DNA of 36,053 nt from IMG/VR virus record IMGVR_UViG_3300020000_000006, positions 1 through 36,053 of that record, one strand, 5' to 3'. Every line of letters starts with the position of its first letter. Position 1 is the first letter of the stretch. This document shows positions 33,451 through 36,053 of this stretch, piece by piece. The notes below the pieces were generated by a model. The model was not told the origin of the DNA. It did not search any database and saw nothing but the letters and a program-made list of their open reading frames with translations. The position numbers and the translations under genes were made by a program. Origin of the DNA: a virus.

Positions 33451-33510
33451 TTATTGTTGGTTTTATTGTTGTTTTTACTGCTGGGTTTACTGCTGGGTTT
33501 ACTGTTTTTG
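33451..33510. repeat. Five tandem 12-nt repeats TTAYTGYTGKKT
   Basis: ttattgttggtt / ttattgttgttt / ttactgctgggt / ttactgctgggt / ttactgtttttg. They lie between the 87-aa ORF stop and the start of the secreted-protein gene. Confidence 0.85.
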
Positions 33511-33762
33511 TGTTAATTTTTCATGTTCTTTTAACACTTCTTCTACTGTGTTTATTATTTTTGAATGCCACTCATTTTCTATAAATTTTATTAATTCCAC
33601 TAGAGCGACATTGGCCGCAAATTTTTGATAATCCTCTATATCCTTATCATTAATTGCCTTTCCAATATCATTTAAACAATCATGAATATAATTATATTTT
33701 TCTGTAATTTCTTCATTATTTTCATTAAAAAATATTACTTTTTCATCAGTTACTTTTATCAT
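33499..33762 (-). CDS. Acidic 87-aa hypothetical protein
   Basis: Hand count gives 19 Asp/Glu versus 11 Lys and 0 Arg. It looks helical and lies in the early leftward operon. Confidence 0.55.
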   Translation of the reverse strand: MIKVTDEKVIFFNENNEEITEKYNYIHDCLNDIGKAINDKDIEDYQKFAANVALVELIKFIENEWHSKIINTVEEVLKEHEKLTQKQ

Positions 33763-33810
33763 TTAATACATCCTGTTTTTATTGCTTAATTCTATGTATA
33801 TTTCGTTAAA

Positions 33811-34080
33811 CTATTGCGTTGCGCTACTAATAAATTCTTTAGTTTCCATAGGTAATTTTTTAAAAATAAATTGCGATAAACATTGAATTTGAAAACAGGC
33901 AATTGCTGATTTTTCTATATCTTCTGTCACTATGATTAAATCATGTAGATAATCTATTAGTTTAATAGCAGTGCTTTTGCTTGCTTCAATAGCTTTATTA
34001 GTGAAAGATTCTTGCTCTTCTAGGCTTAATTTTTCAAAGGATTGTATTTCTCTGATTTCATTGGGCATTTTAGTGGGCAT
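33811..34080 (-). CDS. Small helical protein, paralog 3 of a tandem triplet
   Basis: FEKLSLEEQESFTNKAIEASKSTAIKLIDYLHDL aligns with the two upstream genes. Confidence 0.6.
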   Translation of the reverse strand: MPTKMPNEIREIQSFEKLSLEEQESFTNKAIEASKSTAIKLIDYLHDLIIVTEDIEKSAIACFQIQCLSQFIFKKLPMETKEFISSATQ

Positions 34081-34357
34081 CCTGTTTTATGTTTTCAAAT
34101 TGCAAAGCAGCTTGTTTAACAAATGAATCAACTTTTTTAGTTAATTCTTTCAAAGAAAAATCATATAGTATATTAATCATATAATATGAGCCTATGTTCT
34201 CTTCTATATTATCTAGGTCAGCTATTAAATCGTCCATAAATAATATTAAGCTGCGGCCATTATTTTTTGTCATTTCTATTGCTTTGTTTTTAAATTCTTC
34301 TATTTCTTGCTTATCCATATCAACAAATGATTTAAACTTCTCTTTTATTTCTTTCAT
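34070..34357 (-). CDS. Small helical protein, paralog 2
   Basis: FVDMDKQEIEEFKNKAIEMTKNNGRSLILFMDDL. Confidence 0.6.
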   Translation of the reverse strand: MKEIKEKFKSFVDMDKQEIEEFKNKAIEMTKNNGRSLILFMDDLIADLDNIEENIGSYYMINILYDFSLKELTKKVDSFVKQAALQFENIKQDAH

Positions 34358-34358
34358 T

Positions 34359-34685
34359 TTAATGATGCTCCGTTTCTTTATCTATTGCATTTATCCTTGT
34401 TGTTTCTTGCAAAAATGCTTCCACTCTTATTGGCATTTCTTCGCTAACAAATTCGCATATTTTATTAACTATAAAACACTCTTTTCCACAATTATTTTTA
34501 TGATTTAACTTGCTTACTAAATTAACTATATAACCTATCAGTTCAATACCATTATTTTTACATTCTTCAATAGCTTTAATTGCAAAGCACTCCAATTCTT
34601 TCGGATCTAAGGAATCAATAAATTTTATTTTTTCTTCATTTTCTAATGATGCAATCAATTCTATTTTATCTTTATCTATTGCCAT
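34359..34685 (-). CDS. Small helical protein, paralog 1
   Basis: FIDSLDPKELECFAIKAIEECKNNGIELIGYIVNL. Its start abuts the annealase stop. Confidence 0.6.
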   Translation of the reverse strand: MAIDKDKIELIASLENEEKIKFIDSLDPKELECFAIKAIEECKNNGIELIGYIVNLVSKLNHKNNCGKECFIVNKICEFVSEEMPIRVEAFLQETTRINAIDKETEHH

Positions 34686-35690
34686 TTATATCTCCATTAT
34701 TTCTATTTTTTTTAAAATATTTATAAATTCTTTTGCTTGTTCTATAGTTAATTGGCTAATATTATTAGCACCATAATAAAGCAAAGCTTTAGCAAGCCTC
34801 TCTAAGGAGAGATTCTTTTCATAAATAAGTGTATGTAGTTCTTCTTCTTGTGCAGGACTTAATAATTCTTCGGTAAGATCGGATTGTGATATTTCTTCTG
34901 TTGGTGCCTGTACAATCTCCTCTTGATATTGATTAATAATATGATTTTCGCTATTACTATTTTCATCCCTATTATTCTCAACCCTGTTAATGTTCGTCTC
35001 GCTATAGATAATTTCTTCTGGCCTGCCATCCTGCTGCGCAATAGATTCATTATAATTTCCTTTATTATTTAACATATCCAATAGCTTTTTATTTGTGTCT
35101 TTTAATTTTCTATTTTCTTCTATGTAATTTTCATATTCATTATAAGTTCCGGCATACATTTCAGGGAAAGCAAGCCTTAATACTTGTGCCTCTGCTACTT
35201 TTTTTATCATAGTAGATGGCTTTTCGCTCCACACGCTTTTTTTTGTATTATATTCGTTTATGTCTACATATACATAGTTTGGTTTAGTAGATGTTTTCTT
35301 CCACACGATAGCGTAAGCCCCGCACAGCTTGCCTCTATCCGATAAATTGGCAAATCGGTGTGAAACAAGGCCATTTTGTATAGAAAAATCATCATTACTA
35401 TAAACAGATTCTACTTGATGACAATCATAGGCTGGGTTTCTGATGGCGCTGATTCGATAACCATCCCTGGCAATAAACATTTGTGCAGGTGCATTGCCAT
35501 ATTTTATGATCCATATTTGCTTTAAGAACGGATTTAATCCCGTCATTTTTCCTAATTGTATAAAACATTTGAATTCATTTTCTGTAGCCGTTGGCGCATA
35601 TATTTTTCTTATTTCTGTAAGTTGTCTATCGCAATCCCACATAGCTACGCCATTTTCATTTGTTGTATGTTGTGTAGTTAAAGATTGCAT
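34686..35690 (-). CDS. bet: Single-strand annealing protein, Bet/RecT (Red-beta) superfamily
   Basis: ATENEFKCFIQLGKMTGLNPFLKQIWIIKYG..FIARDGYRI parallels lambda Bet ASDAQFIALLIVANQYGLNPWTKEIYAF..VGVDGW. It also has MIKKVAEAQVLRLAFPE. It is paired with the upstream exonuclease, with a 2-nt gap. Confidence 0.8.
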   Translation of the reverse strand: MQSLTTQHTTNENGVAMWDCDRQLTEIRKIYAPTATENEFKCFIQLGKMTGLNPFLKQIWIIKYGNAPAQMFIARDGYRISAIRNPAYDCHQVESVYSNDDFSIQNGLVSHRFANLSDRGKLCGAYAIVWKKTSTKPNYVYVDINEYNTKKSVWSEKPSTMIKKVAEAQVLRLAFPEMYAGTYNEYENYIEENRKLKDTNKKLLDMLNNKGNYNESIAQQDGRPEEIIYSETNINRVENNRDENSNSENHIINQYQEEIVQAPTEEISQSDLTEELLSPAQEEELHTLIYEKNLSLERLAKALLYYGANNISQLTIEQAKEFINILKKIEIMEI

Positions 35691-35692
35691 GA

Positions 35693-36053
35693 TTATTCCT
35701 CGATATCGATATAATTAGTAAAGTTAGGTAGCGTTATTATTTTAGCCTGATATGAAGGCCATACTCCCTTGGCTTCACAATCTTTAATCTTTCCTAATAA
35801 TCTATGAAATTCTTCTATTCCTTGTTGTATAGCTGATTCATCTAATATATATATAGCTGTTGCATAAGGGGCAAATGATTCTACTGCAAGAAATAAAAAA
35901 GAAGATAATTCTTTATCAAGACCATACTTTAAAGATTCATGCAGCATTGCAGCTTGTAAATAATACCCGTTACTATAAACATCATTTTGGAACTTTCTTG
36001 GATGTGCATTTTTAGTAGTTTTTAAATCGATAATAAAATCATTGCATAAAATA
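35693..36053 (-). CDS. 3' part of the same PD-(D/E)XK exonuclease gene (the last 127 nt duplicate 1-127)
   Basis: The frame of ORF 35693..35947 is continuous with the reverse-strand frame of 1-642. Sequence: ..YGLDKELSSFLFLAVESFAPYATAIYILDE..GVWPSYQ, the typical C-terminal part of RecE-like PDDEXK nucleases. It lies directly upstream of the annealase gene. Confidence 0.85.
   Translation of the reverse strand, partial: ILCNDFIIDLKTTKNAHPRKFQNDVYSNGYYLQAAMLHESLKYGLDKELSSFLFLAVESFAPYATAIYILDESAIQQGIEEFHRLLGKIKDCEAKGVWPSYQAKIITLPNFTNYIDIEE
35927..36053. repeat. Right copy of the exact 127-bp terminal duplication
   Basis: Base-for-base identical to 1-127 when read by eye. Confidence 0.95.

Overview
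This AT-rich window is a complete dsDNA phage genome that closes on itself. Bases 1-127 are identical to 35927-36053, so the unique length is 35,926 bp, and a PD-(D/E)XK exonuclease gene runs through the junction. The layout is lambdoid/P22-like.

- Early control: a divergent control region lies at 643-763.
- Leftward early operon: RecE-like exonuclease, Bet/RecT annealase, three paralogous small helical proteins, an acidic 87-aa protein, a signal-peptide-bearing two-domain protein and a DUF551-like protein.
- Rightward arm, early genes: a Cro/YdaS-like HTH, small ORFs and two winged-helix proteins. The second is an O-like replication protein with iterons inside its own gene.
- Rightward arm, packaging and head: TerS, a TerL interrupted by a 176-aa mini-intein in its P-loop, a P22-like portal, an island of eight tiny genes, scaffold and a P22-like coat.
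- Rightward arm, tail and ejection: gp4-like and gp10-like tail proteins, then four genes of which the last three match ejection-protein sizes.
- Rightward arm, distal end: a reverse-oriented endonuclease VII gene, about 8 kb of tail-fibre-like genes built from reused modules, a reverse-oriented RHH plus membrane-protein pair beside a 10-bp-phased repeat array, and a GH108 endolysin plus VRR-NUC nuclease.

I saw no integrase, CI-type repressor, tRNA, rRNA or CRISPR array.

The best candidates for something undescribed are:
- the RHH/membrane-protein locus with its phased GGGGTAT array;
- the triplicated small proteins and the secreted LRAT/NlpC-like fusion protein downstream of the recombinase;
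- the W-rich plus (GDGS)n gene pair in the head module;
- a possible oop-like small RNA upstream of the replication gene.

All family assignments come from motifs read by eye. No database search or computation was possible.
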